NCBI GenBank assembly: GCA_963696395.1
Contig: CAVOJZ010000002.1
Span: forward strand, 6,433-70,432
Source: an uncultured bacterium
GTDB taxonomy: Bacteria; Patescibacteriota; Minisyncoccia; UBA6257; 2-01-FULL-56-20
Reading direction: 5' to 3'
DNA length: 64,000 nt
Shown here: one piece after another, positions 48,612 to 59,027 of the stretch
Layout of the letters: every line of letters starts with the position of its first letter
How positions within the stretch are numbered: the stretch's first letter is position 1
Made by a program: the position numbers and the translations under genes
Notes under the pieces: generated by a model
Seen by the model: only the letters and a program-made list of their open reading frames with translations
Databases searched by the model: none
What the model was told of the DNA's origin: nothing

Positions 48612-50226
48612 ATTTCACCTCCGGAATTTTCACGCTGAATACGCTGCCCTTATCCACGCCCGCACTCTCCGCCCAGATAGTACCGCCATGCGCTTCCGCA
48701 ATCTTGCGGGCGATAAACAGTCCAAGTCCGGTGCCAAGAATCTGCTTCTTTACCCGTTCGTCACGAATAAATTCCTCGAAAAGATGCGGTGCGAGATCCG
48801 GCGAGAAACCCACGCCGGAATCCGAAACTGAAACAATGGCAAATCCACCTTCTTCTTTTATCTCGAGATGAACAAATCCGGTTGGAGTATATTTGATTGC
48901 ATTGTCGGTAAGATTCTGGATCACCTGTTTCAATTTTTCGGCGTCCGCATTCACGGGTATCTCATGCCCCGGCGACACGAGCGTGAATTCAAGTTTCTTT
49001 GTCTCCGCAAGCGGCTTCAGCAAATCAACAACCTCGGTCACAATCTTTAAGACGTCCGCGCGAGCCATCTGGTAATCCATCTTCCCCTCTTCAACTTTGC
49101 GCATATCAAGCAGGGTGTTGATGAGACCGATAAGACCATCCGCCGATTTGCTCATTTGCTCAACTTTCGACTTAATCACGTCGGGTACCGGACCATAGGA
49201 ACCGCCGATAATAAGCGTGCCGAAGCCCTTGATCGCCGCAAGCGGCGATCGGATTTGATGAGAAGCCAGGGAAAGAAGCTCCGACTTGAAGTGGGAAAGT
49301 TCGTCGAGCTGGTTATTTTTAACCTGCAATTCTTTATCGAGTTTTTCGAGCTGCTCTCGCTGCTCGACTTCTTTGAGGACGCTTTGAATGAGGAGAATGC
49401 TGAATGAAAGAGTAAGCAAGACGGTTGCAATCCGTAAAAGCAAATCAGGCAGCGATCCTGCATCAAAAACCTGAAACAGTGTTGTTATGCAAAGGAAAAA
49501 CGCAACGATTTCCGTTGAAATCACTTTCACACTAAGCAGATGATGTTTGAAAATTGCGTATGACGTGAAAATAATAAACGGGAAAACAAATACTCCGGTG
49601 AATGGAATGAGGATCACCCAGTCAAAGAAAGCCGGCAAAAAGAAATTGAAGGCGAAAATGAGGAGAATGGTGACGAGGGCTCCCCAGAACACGAACCACA
49701 GTTGCACCTTCTCAAGGCCTTGCGCCCGACGCAATTTCTTTATTAATAGCACCAGTCCGCCGCCGATACAGAAAATTACAACGAGCACAAATAGCAACAT
49801 GCCCGGTCCCTTGTTGACGATGGAAACTTCTCCCGCCGCTGAAAATCTCGAAATAGTCGAAAACGAAAGCGAAGTTAAATTAACTATCGACGAGATCGCT
49901 GCGATTGGAACTAAGGCAAATTTATACCATCGGGGAAATTCCGCCTTCTCGTTCGGGAAAACGTAAAACAACTGGAAAAATGACAAACTGTGCCAAACTC
50001 CGAAAAAAATGACCAAGCGCAACCACAATAACTCAAGCTCAGGCGACAAGCCGCTCTGCGCACTCAGATAGTTGGCGGCTGCCCATACGATAGTGATAAG
50101 CGAAAACGCCAAAAAAGTGACATTGGTAATACTTCGCCGGTTGCTAAAAAACACGCCGAAACCAAGAATGCCAATACCGGCTACCGCAACGCCTAAAACG
50201 AATAATCCGAGGCCAATGCCTAGCAT
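48610..50226 (-). CDS. Sensor histidine kinase with an N-terminal multi-TM (7TM-type) domain
   Basis: About 280 aa of hydrophobic N-terminus ending YAIFKHHL; H-box SHQIRSPL, NAIKYT, DSGVG, GTGLGL. Confidence 0.9.
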   Translation of the reverse strand: MLGIGLGLFVLGVAVAGIGILGFGVFFSNRRSITNVTFLAFSLITIVWAAANYLSAQSGLSPELELLWLRLVIFFGVWHSLSFFQLFYVFPNEKAEFPRWYKFALVPIAAISSIVNLTSLSFSTISRFSAAGEVSIVNKGPGMLLFVLVVIFCIGGGLVLLIKKLRRAQGLEKVQLWFVFWGALVTILLIFAFNFFLPAFFDWVILIPFTGVFVFPFIIFTSYAIFKHHLLSVKVISTEIVAFFLCITTLFQVFDAGSLPDLLLRIATVLLTLSFSILLIQSVLKEVEQREQLEKLDKELQVKNNQLDELSHFKSELLSLASHQIRSPLAAIKGFGTLIIGGSYGPVPDVIKSKVEQMSKSADGLIGLINTLLDMRKVEEGKMDYQMARADVLKIVTEVVDLLKPLAETKKLEFTLVSPGHEIPVNADAEKLKQVIQNLTDNAIKYTPTGFVHLEIKEEGGFAIVSVSDSGVGFSPDLAPHLFEEFIRDERVKKQILGTGLGLFIARKIAEAHGGTIWAESAGVDKGSVFSVKIPEVK

Positions 50227-50230
50227 GTGA

Positions 50231-51301
50231 TTAGATTAAAAAATGTTCGAGCGGAAAACGTGCCGCGCGGGCACTTGGCTCCCCTCCGCGACCGACTCGG
50301 AAGAGGACAACGACGTATTCATTCTCGGCATGCACTTCAAGCGTGTCGTATACGCTCTCCCGCGCGGCAAGCAGTTCACGCTGCTGCGAAATTGAAAAGC
50401 TGTCCCTGTTTTCCCCTCGAATCCCTTCTGCCAAAAATAATGCTCCGGTTGTCGGTTGGAGGCTTAATCCAAGTTTTGTTGCCGTAAGCCATATATGTTC
50501 AAATATCCTGCCGGCCATGACGAGGTCGAATGGCGTATTATTTTTTGCAACAATGCCGAACATTGCCGATGCCGTATTGTAAATTTTTTCATTATCGTTT
50601 CCGACAACTTTTGACATACCGAGCGCCGACAAAATCCGTGCCGCGAAAGGACTACGCAAAAGCTTAAAGGCCGCAACCTGTGGCGGCTTCAGTTCAAGCG
50701 TGTCGATGTAAAATCCTTTTGGATGCTTTCGATTTTCTTCGTCTGTCCATCGAACATGCGCGAAAAAAAAGTCGTGTACTTTTGGATTTTCGACGAGCAT
50801 CCTCTCGTTGAAGCTCGCGGCTTTTGCAAGCGCAGCGATCTTGTCGCGGCTTTCAACCATGACTACTCTCGCCGGATATTGTTTTATGTGCGGGATGTCG
50901 AGAAGCGCCACACGTTCCGCTTCGGTGAGCGGTGATCCGTCGTATGTCTTTCGGTTGGTCGCCCTCAACGATAATGCATCTTCAAGCGGGCTCCGCTTGG
51001 CATTGTTTTCGTGCAAAGTGATAAGAGCTACGAAATTCGGCAATTCTTTCTCGGGAAAATATTCAACATCCACCCCAAAGCCGAATCCCGCAGCCGCAAT
51101 CGCCATATTTTCAATACATGCTCCATTCGCCACAAACGATCCGGATTGCCGATAATTATAAAGCGACTGGTCGCTGTCGGGATTATTGAAAAGCGAGATG
51201 GTATTTTTGTCCACCTTAAAGAGCCATGGTTGGGCATTCTCGCCCGACGGGGCCAATATTCCAGATTCAAGAATCTTCCTGACAACCTCTTCAGAAATCA
51301 T
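50231..51301 (-). CDS. Nitroreductase-superfamily flavoprotein (Acg/TyzC-like)
   Basis: APSGENAQPW, GACIEN, RATNRKTY, AGRIFEHIWLTATKLGLSLQP, LFRVG. Confidence 0.85.
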   Translation of the reverse strand: MISEEVVRKILESGILAPSGENAQPWLFKVDKNTISLFNNPDSDQSLYNYRQSGSFVANGACIENMAIAAAGFGFGVDVEYFPEKELPNFVALITLHENNAKRSPLEDALSLRATNRKTYDGSPLTEAERVALLDIPHIKQYPARVVMVESRDKIAALAKAASFNERMLVENPKVHDFFFAHVRWTDEENRKHPKGFYIDTLELKPPQVAAFKLLRSPFAARILSALGMSKVVGNDNEKIYNTASAMFGIVAKNNTPFDLVMAGRIFEHIWLTATKLGLSLQPTTGALFLAEGIRGENRDSFSISQQRELLAARESVYDTLEVHAENEYVVVLFRVGRGGEPSARAARFPLEHFLI

Positions 51302-51328
51302 CAGTTACAGTATAGCAAACCTGCAGTC

Positions 51329-52528
51329 TTATAAACCGAATATTTTTCTAAAATCGGCTGCGATTTTAGCGCGATGCTTCCGTTCCCGGGGCGTATCATA
51401 GGTTGGGATTAATTTTTCATCCAGAGAGATGAGCGCTCGATTGTGCTCGAGTGACTGGCCGTTCAAAATGCGACGGATACAATATGCTACGGCGGCTCCA
51501 TTAATAAGGGCGGCGCCGCCGAGTTGGGGCCAGGAAACGATCGTTTTCCCCATTTCGAGAAGCGACTGTTGCATGCGCTCAGTAACGTTTTCCGGACCAA
51601 CATGTTTTGTGATCATTTTGCCAATGCCAAACTTATCAAGATGCAACAGTTCTTCATAAGTTACATTTCCCATACGGCCATGAAAGAATGGCGTCTTGGG
51701 GTTCAAATCGTAGCGTTCGACGTCAACCACTGCATTGTCTCCATTATCAGCCGCCATAACAACCGGCACTTTATGCTTCTTCGCCTCCTCGCGAATGAGG
51801 TATTTCACCGCAAGATTATCGAGCTCGTCAATCACAATGTCGAGCTTTGGCGGTCCCGCAAAAAATCTGCCGATATTTTTTGGCGTGAGACCATCAGGAA
51901 AAATTTCAACTTTCACATATGGATTGGTTTCGTAAATCTGCCGGGCAGCCATGACCACTTTCAACAATCCCAGATTTTGGATGCCGGCGCGCACCCGGTT
52001 GGTGTTTGAAAGAGCAAGTTGGTCGAAGTCGGCGAGACGAATGTGCCGTCCACCGCCCTGAAGAGCGACCGCCAGCGCAACACTACTCCCAACGCTCATG
52101 CCCCCTATGCCGATAACCGCGTTGTAAAACTTTTCCTGTTCCTCGCGGGTTATCAAGTTGCGATTACGCGCCGTGCGAACCAATTGGAAATCAGCCTCGG
52201 GCAAGACGTGGACGAGAGTCGCAAGCCATGGATAGTAAATCCAGCGGCCATGTTCAATGAGCGGGGCTTTCGCGGCCAACGATTCGCGGAATTGCGCAAA
52301 TTTTTCCGCAAAATCGGGTTTATACACCCACGAAGGGTTTTTTACCGCAAACATCTCTTTCAGCTGCTCGTCGTAATCATTGGAGACGCTTTGGATCTGC
52401 CGCTGTTTCAGTAGTTTTTTGACCGTATTCTTATCTTTCGTAAGCTTAAGGTTTAAAATAACGGGCTCGAATCCGAGATCTATCTTTGCTTTTTGTGCCA
52501 ATATTCTTCCGAGGTTGTTTTTATTCAT
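51329..52528 (-). CDS. ThiF/E1-like adenylyltransferase, Rv1355c (MoeY)-like
   Basis: WIYYPW, RTARNRNLITREEQ, GMSVG, LADFD.L.LSNTNR, DVERYD, SWPQLG. Confidence 0.85.
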   Translation of the reverse strand: MNKNNLGRILAQKAKIDLGFEPVILNLKLTKDKNTVKKLLKQRQIQSVSNDYDEQLKEMFAVKNPSWVYKPDFAEKFAQFRESLAAKAPLIEHGRWIYYPWLATLVHVLPEADFQLVRTARNRNLITREEQEKFYNAVIGIGGMSVGSSVALAVALQGGGRHIRLADFDQLALSNTNRVRAGIQNLGLLKVVMAARQIYETNPYVKVEIFPDGLTPKNIGRFFAGPPKLDIVIDELDNLAVKYLIREEAKKHKVPVVMAADNGDNAVVDVERYDLNPKTPFFHGRMGNVTYEELLHLDKFGIGKMITKHVGPENVTERMQQSLLEMGKTIVSWPQLGGAALINGAAVAYCIRRILNGQSLEHNRALISLDEKLIPTYDTPRERKHRAKIAADFRKIFGL

Positions 52529-52534
52529 GGTGAT

Positions 52535-54034
52535 TTATTTTTCTACCCATCGCTGTTTCCCGCCGCCTTTAAAATAACGATGATGTCCGTGTTCCCACAG
52601 TTTGATACGCGGAATCACTTTGTAGGGAATTGAATTGTAATTGTTGCGATATTCGGCGCTCCGCGCGATCAGGCGATCCACGATTAATTTTGTCGCAAGG
52701 ATTTTTATTTTTTTGCGGATTGCGATTCCCGGTTTCAATTCGACGTTCACTTCGAGAAACTGGTTTTGCCTCCGGTCGAACCGGGTCGCCATCGTAAATT
52801 TGCCGGTGACCAACTTGCTGATTTTGGAGCTTTGCAGAGCCTCTTTAATTGGTTCCGGATAGATAATCGCACCATATAATTTCGTCGAAAGATCGCTCCT
52901 TTCGTATACATAGACAAACGGCAACTCCGCGACAACTTCAGCGATGCCAGCCTTTTTTGCTTCGTTTGCAAAGTTTATTTTTGCCCTGGCCAACTCATCA
53001 ACGATTTGCGGAAAATTTAAAACGCCGCCTTTATCGCCGATTGAATAACGTATCAGCGGAATTGTGTTGTCGCCCGTAAGCAAAACATTACTTCCCTGAG
53101 CCTCAAACGTGATGAAAAGTGGGTTGTACTGCGCAAGAGTCGGCGTCCGGTGAATATCGGTGAAAAGCGAGTCGAATACCTTCTTGTTGCCGAGAGCCAT
53201 GCGACGCACAAGAATCGACGCTGGCGTTTCGTATGCCATAGTCCCGATGTCGGCGGTCCCATATACGTTCATCGTATCGCGATACACATTTTGAATACCG
53301 ACGGCCTTCGCTAGATACCCGCGAAAATTTTCGGAAAATGATTCTGCCGCAAAGAGAAGCCGCAAATTTATGCGTTTTAAATTAATGCTCTGGCCAGGCG
53401 CCTCGTCTATGATGTCTTTCATAAACGGCGGATAGCCTGCGAGAATCGTTTCCGAAAACTGCGGAGCGAGATCCTTGAGCGCATGGAAAATTTCTCCTTT
53501 GTTGATGCCCGGAGTGATAATACAGATATTCGCCCCGCGCCTGCTGGCGATTTCGAGCGCTTTATAAGTGATGAGTCCCCCGATCCATGCGCCCATGCCA
53601 AAACCAACGATCACCAAAATCGGACCCTTCCGTTTCCGCGAGCTGTTGTTTAAAAAGAATTCGTGAACAATAGAAGATTCCCAGTCCAGCCTATTTTCAC
53701 GCGGAAAATAAAACGGTACGCCGGTTGATCCCGATGTGGATGTAAAAACAATGGGCTTCTCCAGCGTGCCATCCCAAACCAATTTTTCGAGCGGATACGC
53801 GCGAAGGTAATCTGCCTTGGTTACCGGCGGAACGAATGCAAAATCGTCGAGGGTTTTAATTTTCTCAGGATTAACCCGATGTTTCTTCAGGAAGTCTTTA
53901 TAGGCAGGTACCCTTTTTGCCGCCTTTCGGAATAATGCGAGAGCCCGGACGCGCCGTTCTCGTTCCCAAAATGCTGATTTTTTGGTTTTTAAAAAACCTA
54001 GAATCTGCCGAGCTGAACGATCGTCAGGGTTCAT
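52535..54034 (-). CDS. Phenylacetate-CoA ligase / F390 synthetase-like adenylate-forming enzyme
   Basis: VPAYKDFL, TSGSTGVP, GYPPF, YGTADIG, LIRYSIGD, GAIIYPE. Confidence 0.85.
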   Translation of the reverse strand: MNPDDRSARQILGFLKTKKSAFWERERRVRALALFRKAAKRVPAYKDFLKKHRVNPEKIKTLDDFAFVPPVTKADYLRAYPLEKLVWDGTLEKPIVFTSTSGSTGVPFYFPRENRLDWESSIVHEFFLNNSSRKRKGPILVIVGFGMGAWIGGLITYKALEIASRRGANICIITPGINKGEIFHALKDLAPQFSETILAGYPPFMKDIIDEAPGQSINLKRINLRLLFAAESFSENFRGYLAKAVGIQNVYRDTMNVYGTADIGTMAYETPASILVRRMALGNKKVFDSLFTDIHRTPTLAQYNPLFITFEAQGSNVLLTGDNTIPLIRYSIGDKGGVLNFPQIVDELARAKINFANEAKKAGIAEVVAELPFVYVYERSDLSTKLYGAIIYPEPIKEALQSSKISKLVTGKFTMATRFDRRQNQFLEVNVELKPGIAIRKKIKILATKLIVDRLIARSAEYRNNYNSIPYKVIPRIKLWEHGHHRYFKGGGKQRWVEK

Positions 54035-54068
54035 CGCTTTTAATGAGGATTTAATAGAATTATAGCAT

Positions 54069-54097
54069 AAAAAGAGGGAGTCCTTTTGGGACTCCCT
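54069..54097 (-). terminator. Terminator after the SDR-like gene
   Basis: AGGGAGTCC...GGACTCCCT followed by a T tract; an extended -10 (TGCTATAAT) follows directly. Confidence 0.65.
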
Positions 54098-54110
54098 TGT
54101 GTTTACTCTT

Positions 54111-54839
54111 TCATGCCCCGACCGCGACCGGTTTGTCAGGCTCCACTTCCACGTCTTCACTGTCGGTTTCGCCGGCAAGCGCCAGCAAAACTTTATGAGT
54201 CACCGCCTCAGTCGAGACGATCGCGGGCGGACGTGGACCACCGTGATGAAACGACGTATCAACCGCGGGTGGAACGATCCGATAAACGTTGATCTCGTTC
54301 TTTAGCACGATCGGGTCGCGGCGCATCTGAAAAATGAGACAATTCATATTCTCGATTGCGCCGATGTGAAAACCGAATGGGAGCTTCGCCAGGATATCAT
54401 CGTCGGCCAGACGCGTGATCTTTGACGAGATGAATACAAAGCTTCCGCCGCGTGAAAGCTTACCTGCGAATTCCTGGAACACGCAGATTGGGCCACGGAC
54501 GTGCATCCGGTTCTCGTTGTCCGAAGTTGCAAGCGGCAGCTCGGAAAGTGGATGCTTCACGGCATCGGGAAATCCGTTCGGCGGACAGTGACCGACCGAA
54601 TAGATGATGCCGTCGTATTCTCCGTCCCATTTGTGGTGAAAAGCCCGAAGCTCTGCCGGCTCGCTCACATCTTCCAAAATGCCAACGGCCGCTCCGTAAG
54701 CAGCCAGCTCTTCACGAACCGGATCCTCGTCGACGTAACGCATGCACGCGACAACTTCATGTCCTTGATTCAACAATGCCCTGACGATCACACTGCCGAT
54801 TGAGCCACGGGCACCAAACACCAGATATCTCTTTTTCAC
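54111..54839 (-). CDS. Atypical SDR/Rossmann-fold protein
   Basis: VFGARGSIG, FISS, PPAVDT; no YxxxK motif. Has its own RBS and a TTGACA promoter near 54930. Confidence 0.65.
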   Translation of the reverse strand: MKKRYLVFGARGSIGSVIVRALLNQGHEVVACMRYVDEDPVREELAAYGAAVGILEDVSEPAELRAFHHKWDGEYDGIIYSVGHCPPNGFPDAVKHPLSELPLATSDNENRMHVRGPICVFQEFAGKLSRGGSFVFISSKITRLADDDILAKLPFGFHIGAIENMNCLIFQMRRDPIVLKNEINVYRIVPPAVDTSFHHGGPRPPAIVSTEAVTHKVLLALAGETDSEDVEVEPDKPVAVGA

Positions 54840-54942
54840 GATCCCTCCTTTTTCAATTATGAAATTTGCGAAGCGAGAGTTATTGAATAACTCAGCAGAG
54901 CTTATCGTATCATATAAAAGATTTTTGTCAAATCAACGACGA

Positions 54943-55869
54943 TCAAAAGGTTTGTCTCACATATGCCAGCCACTTTTTATATTTCGCCACATGTCCGTGA
55001 GTTGCCGCAAAATATCGGTCACGGATTTTTGTGGTGATGGATCCCGCAGTGCCCGTTCCTATCCGACGGCCTTCAATCTTCCCTACCGCACCAATTTCAA
55101 CGGCGGTACCGGCAAAGAAAACTTCATCCGCATCTAAAAGCTCGGCGCGCTTGACGCGCTTCATGACAGTCGGCAAATGAAGGTCGTGCGCGATGGTGAT
55201 AACACTGTCGCGGGTAAAGCCGGGCAGAATCGAGGGAGACTCCGGAACGATCAGGCGGCCACGCTTCACAATGAAAATATTTTCCCCGGGTCCTTCCGCA
55301 ACATAACCTTCATGATCCAGCATCACGCATTCGTTCAATCCCCTTTTGCGTGCCTCAAGGCGCGCCAAAACCGACGTGGCATAAAAACCGGAAATCTTTG
55401 CGCCGGGCGCAATCGAGTCCGGATGAAACCGCAGATACTTTGCAATGCCGACGTTGAGTGCCGGGTGGTCACCCAAATATTTACCCCATGGCCATGCAGC
55501 GATGGCGACCCTTACGGAAGCACCCACCGGATCGAGCTGCATTTTCCCTTCGCCGTAAAAAACTATCGGCCGGACATAACACTCCTTATATTTATTTTTG
55601 GCAACGAGCGTAAGTACGGCACGCCGAACGGTCTCTCGTGAATACGGAATTTTAATTTCGAACGCAGCCGCGGAATGGAAAAGTCGATTAACGTGATCTT
55701 TTAGCCGGAAAGCCGCGGGACCATCCGGGGTTTCATAAACACGAATGCCTTCAAAGACACCGCTTCCATAATGAAGTGCATGACTCAAAACGTGGATACG
55801 CGCGGTGCCGAATGGCACAAATCGTCCATCGAGCCAGATGCTTTTTGGATTCGCCATGTTATTTCTCAA
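54943..55869 (-). CDS. ilvE: Branched-chain amino acid aminotransferase
   Basis: HALHYGSGVFEGIR, AKISGFY, EGPGENIF, LPGFTR, GTAVE. Confidence 0.92.
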   Translation of the reverse strand: MRNNMANPKSIWLDGRFVPFGTARIHVLSHALHYGSGVFEGIRVYETPDGPAAFRLKDHVNRLFHSAAAFEIKIPYSRETVRRAVLTLVAKNKYKECYVRPIVFYGEGKMQLDPVGASVRVAIAAWPWGKYLGDHPALNVGIAKYLRFHPDSIAPGAKISGFYATSVLARLEARKRGLNECVMLDHEGYVAEGPGENIFIVKRGRLIVPESPSILPGFTRDSVITIAHDLHLPTVMKRVKRAELLDADEVFFAGTAVEIGAVGKIEGRRIGTGTAGSITTKIRDRYFAATHGHVAKYKKWLAYVRQTF

Positions 55870-56254
55870 TCAATTCTCCGACCCGTTCCGCAAGCATATC
55901 AACGTCGTCGGTCTTGCTGAGAAACGTTATCGTGCTCAGCTCCCCAAGCAGTTGCCGGCGATTTTTTACCAATTCCGCCCAGGGATCCCGAAGGCTTGTG
56001 AAAAATGCGATGCGGATCTCGCGGGTTTTCGGATTTTGGTGAAGTTCGAATGCGAGTTCCCAGCCATTCGGTCCGGGCGGCATATAAACATCGCTCAATA
56101 CAAGATCGGGCAGAAGCTCTTCGGCTTTTCGAACCGCCTCTTCGGCGTCGTGAGCCATCTGGGTATCGAAACCGTTCGCCTGTAGTTTTACCGACGCGAT
56201 TTCCAAAAAAACTTCTTCGTCGTCAACTAATAACACTAAAGGCTTTTCCCTCAT
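55859..56254 (-). CDS. Single-domain response regulator receiver
   Basis: VLLVDDE, LSDVYMP (phospho-Asp), FFTS, FLSK; no output domain. Confidence 0.88.
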   Translation of the reverse strand: MREKPLVLLVDDEEVFLEIASVKLQANGFDTQMAHDAEEAVRKAEELLPDLVLSDVYMPPGPNGWELAFELHQNPKTREIRIAFFTSLRDPWAELVKNRRQLLGELSTITFLSKTDDVDMLAERVGELIEK

Positions 56255-56337
56255 GCATTCAGTATAACAATTCAGACAATCGAGCCGTACTATAATGCCT
56301 CACCTAAAAGGTCGCTAACCATGATTATTTATTCTGC

Positions 56338-56490
56338 ATGCTCGTCACTATAGCCGTCATTTTGCTGGTCTTGTGGGTCCTCGGGCTTGTTACTTCGTAC
56401 ACGCTTGGAGGATTCATTTATGTCCTTCTTGTTGCCGCAATTATCCTATTTCTCATCCGGATCATTCAGGGTGAAAATCCGGTGAAATAA
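56338..56490 (+). CDS. lmo0937-family small membrane protein (not in the ORF track)
   Basis: Translates as MLVTIAVILLVLWVLGLVTSYTLGGFIYVLLVAAIILFLIRIIQGENPVK. Confidence 0.8.
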   Translation: MLVTIAVILLVLWVLGLVTSYTLGGFIYVLLVAAIILFLIRIIQGENPVK

Positions 56491-58299
56491 CTACGTTCGA
56501 TTAGCCCGTTTCCTGTCGTTTTCCGTGAGATATTGCTTTCTGATGCGGACGTTCTGGGGAGTGACCTCAACCAGCTCATCGTCTCCAATATAGTCAAGCG
56601 CATCCTCGAGCGACAACGTGAGCGGCGTCTCAAGCTGATCGGCGAGGCCTTCGTTCTTGGCGCGGAAGTTGGTCAATTGTTTTTCGCGGGCAACATGCAC
56701 GAGCACGTCGCCGTCTTTAGCGTTTGCGCCAACAACCATGCCTTCGTACACCTCAACGCCTGCGCTGATAAACAAAGTCCCGCGACCCTGGGCGGTAACC
56801 AATCCGTAGTTGTTTGATTTTCCGGCCTGCGTCGCAACGATAGAGCCGAACGGAAGCGCAGTAATATCGCCTTTGTACGGTTCGTATCCGAGAAAAATAC
56901 TATTCATAATGCCCGTACCTTTCGTTGCGGTCAGGAATTTATTTCTGATGCCGATCAGCCCACGCGTGGGAATATCAAAATCCATAAAAGCATTCTTCTT
57001 GTCGTCCACGCGCATATTCTTCATCTGTCCAAGCCGCTTGCCCATCATTTCTATAACCGTTCCGGAATAGGCTTCCGGAACCTCAACCGAAACAAGTTCG
57101 ATCGGTTCGGTCTTCTTGCCGTTTTCCTCTTTAAAGATAACCTGCGGTTTTGAAACTTCGAATTCGAATCCCTCGCGCCGCATTTTTTCAATGAGGATAG
57201 CGAGGTGCAATTCGCCACGCCCGGCGACAATCCACTTGTCGGTTGTGTCGGTCGGCGTCACCTTTAAGGCGACATCGGTTTCAAGCTCATGCTCCAATCG
57301 TTCTTTTAAGTTGCGCGAGGTCGTAAATTTCCCCTCACGGCCGCGGAATGGCGAAGTGTTTACGGCAAACGTCATTTTGATTGTCGGTTCGTCGATATGG
57401 ATCGTCGGCAATGGCATTGGATTATCCGGATCGGTGATCGTTTCGCCGATTGTGATATCCGGAATGCCGGCAATCGCAACAATATCCCCCGCCTCGGCCT
57501 GGTCAACGTCCACTCGACCCAAACCGTCAAACAACATCACCGATGTGAGTTGCACTTTCTTGATTTCGCCTGCACGGTCGATGTGCGCGACCGTCGAAGC
57601 CTTTTTCAGGGTGCCGGAATATAAGCGACCGACGGCAATCTTCCCTTTATAATTGTCGTAAGCCAGGTTGACGGTGAGCATCTGCAAAACATCAGTCTCC
57701 GCCTTTTTCGGTGGCGGGATATATTTTACAATCGTTTCAAACACCGGTTCGATATCTTTCATGTCGGCAAGTATCTTGCCGAGCCCGGCTTTTCCTTCGC
57801 GCGCGGCGGCATAAATCACCGGGAACTCAATTTGTTCCTCGGTTGCGTCGAGCTCAAAAAAGAGATCGTACGTGGCATTCAAGGCCCACTCCGGCCGTGC
57901 GTCGGGCTTGTCAATTTTATTTACAACGACAATAACCTTGTGCCCCGCCTGAATCGCTTTTCGTAAAACAAACTTCGTCTGGGGCATCGGGCCCTCTTTG
58001 GCGTCAATAAGAAGCAAAACTCCGTCCACCATGCGCATGATGCGTTCAACTTCTCCGCCAAAGTCCGCGTGTCCAGGGGTATCAACAATGTTGATCTTTG
58101 TACCTTTATATACAACGGATGCGTTTTTCGAAAAAATAGTGATGCCGCGTTCCCGTTCGAGCTCATTCGAGTCCATGATAAGTTCGCTCTGGGCGCCACT
58201 CTTCAAATGAAAACTCACCGACTGTTTGAGCAGCGCGTCAACGAGTGTGGTTTTGCCGTGGTCAACGTGGGCTATAATGGCGATGTTTCGGATATCCAT
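56491..58299 (-). CDS. typA: Translational GTPase TypA/BipA
   Basis: [49 protein letters not shown]. Confidence 0.96.
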   Translation of the reverse strand: MDIRNIAIIAHVDHGKTTLVDALLKQSVSFHLKSGAQSELIMDSNELERERGITIFSKNASVVYKGTKINIVDTPGHADFGGEVERIMRMVDGVLLLIDAKEGPMPQTKFVLRKAIQAGHKVIVVVNKIDKPDARPEWALNATYDLFFELDATEEQIEFPVIYAAAREGKAGLGKILADMKDIEPVFETIVKYIPPPKKAETDVLQMLTVNLAYDNYKGKIAVGRLYSGTLKKASTVAHIDRAGEIKKVQLTSVMLFDGLGRVDVDQAEAGDIVAIAGIPDITIGETITDPDNPMPLPTIHIDEPTIKMTFAVNTSPFRGREGKFTTSRNLKERLEHELETDVALKVTPTDTTDKWIVAGRGELHLAILIEKMRREGFEFEVSKPQVIFKEENGKKTEPIELVSVEVPEAYSGTVIEMMGKRLGQMKNMRVDDKKNAFMDFDIPTRGLIGIRNKFLTATKGTGIMNSIFLGYEPYKGDITALPFGSIVATQAGKSNNYGLVTAQGRGTLFISAGVEVYEGMVVGANAKDGDVLVHVAREKQLTNFRAKNEGLADQLETPLTLSLEDALDYIGDDELVEVTPQNVRIRKQYLTENDRKRANRT

Positions 58300-58397
58300 G
58301 ATTAATTCAATAAAATCCGCGCCTCGGGGCACGGTGATCGTTGGATTATTATATGAAATTTTGATTAAAAGAGCAAGAAGCGGTATATAATTAGGTT

Positions 58398-58883
58398 ATG
58401 GAGGAGATCGATATGCAACTCGGTTCCCACGCGCCGGATTTTGTGCTTCCCGACCAGAACGGGAAAATGCATAAACTTTCCGATTATCAAGGACAATGGG
58501 TTCTGCTCTATTTTTATCCAAAGGACGATACGCCGGGGTGCACCAAAGAGGCATGCACGATCCGCGATGCATTCCCCGATTTTGAAAATCTGAATGCAAT
58601 TGTGCTTGGCGTGAGCGTTGATTCTGTTGCGAGCCATAAAAAATTCGCCGAAAAGCACCAGCTGCCGTTCACGCTCCTTGCAGATGAACACAAGAAAGTG
58701 GTGAACCTCTATCACGTGTGGGCACCCAAACAATTTATGGGGCGCGAGTACGATGGTGTACTACGAATGTCATTCCTCATCGACCCCGAGGGCGATATCG
58801 AAAAAATCTACCACAACGTAAAACCCGAAAAGCATGCCGCCGAAGTCTTACACGATCTCCGCGAATCGGATGAATCGGAATGA
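58398..58883 (+). CDS. bcp: Peroxiredoxin Bcp/PrxQ
   Basis: YFYPKDDTPGCTKEAC. Confidence 0.93.
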   Translation: MEEIDMQLGSHAPDFVLPDQNGKMHKLSDYQGQWVLLYFYPKDDTPGCTKEACTIRDAFPDFENLNAIVLGVSVDSVASHKKFAEKHQLPFTLLADEHKKVVNLYHVWAPKQFMGREYDGVLRMSFLIDPEGDIEKIYHNVKPEKHAAEVLHDLRESDESE

Positions 58884-59027
58884 ATTCCTGAGTCTTGGTC
58901 AAGGGGCTTGCAATAGTACCGCATAAAGAGAGTATAATACCCTCAGAACATTTCCATATCTTCCGAGCTCTTTGACAGCCCTATATTTTTCGAAAGGCCG
59001 TCATATTGCAGTTATTAACCTAATTTT

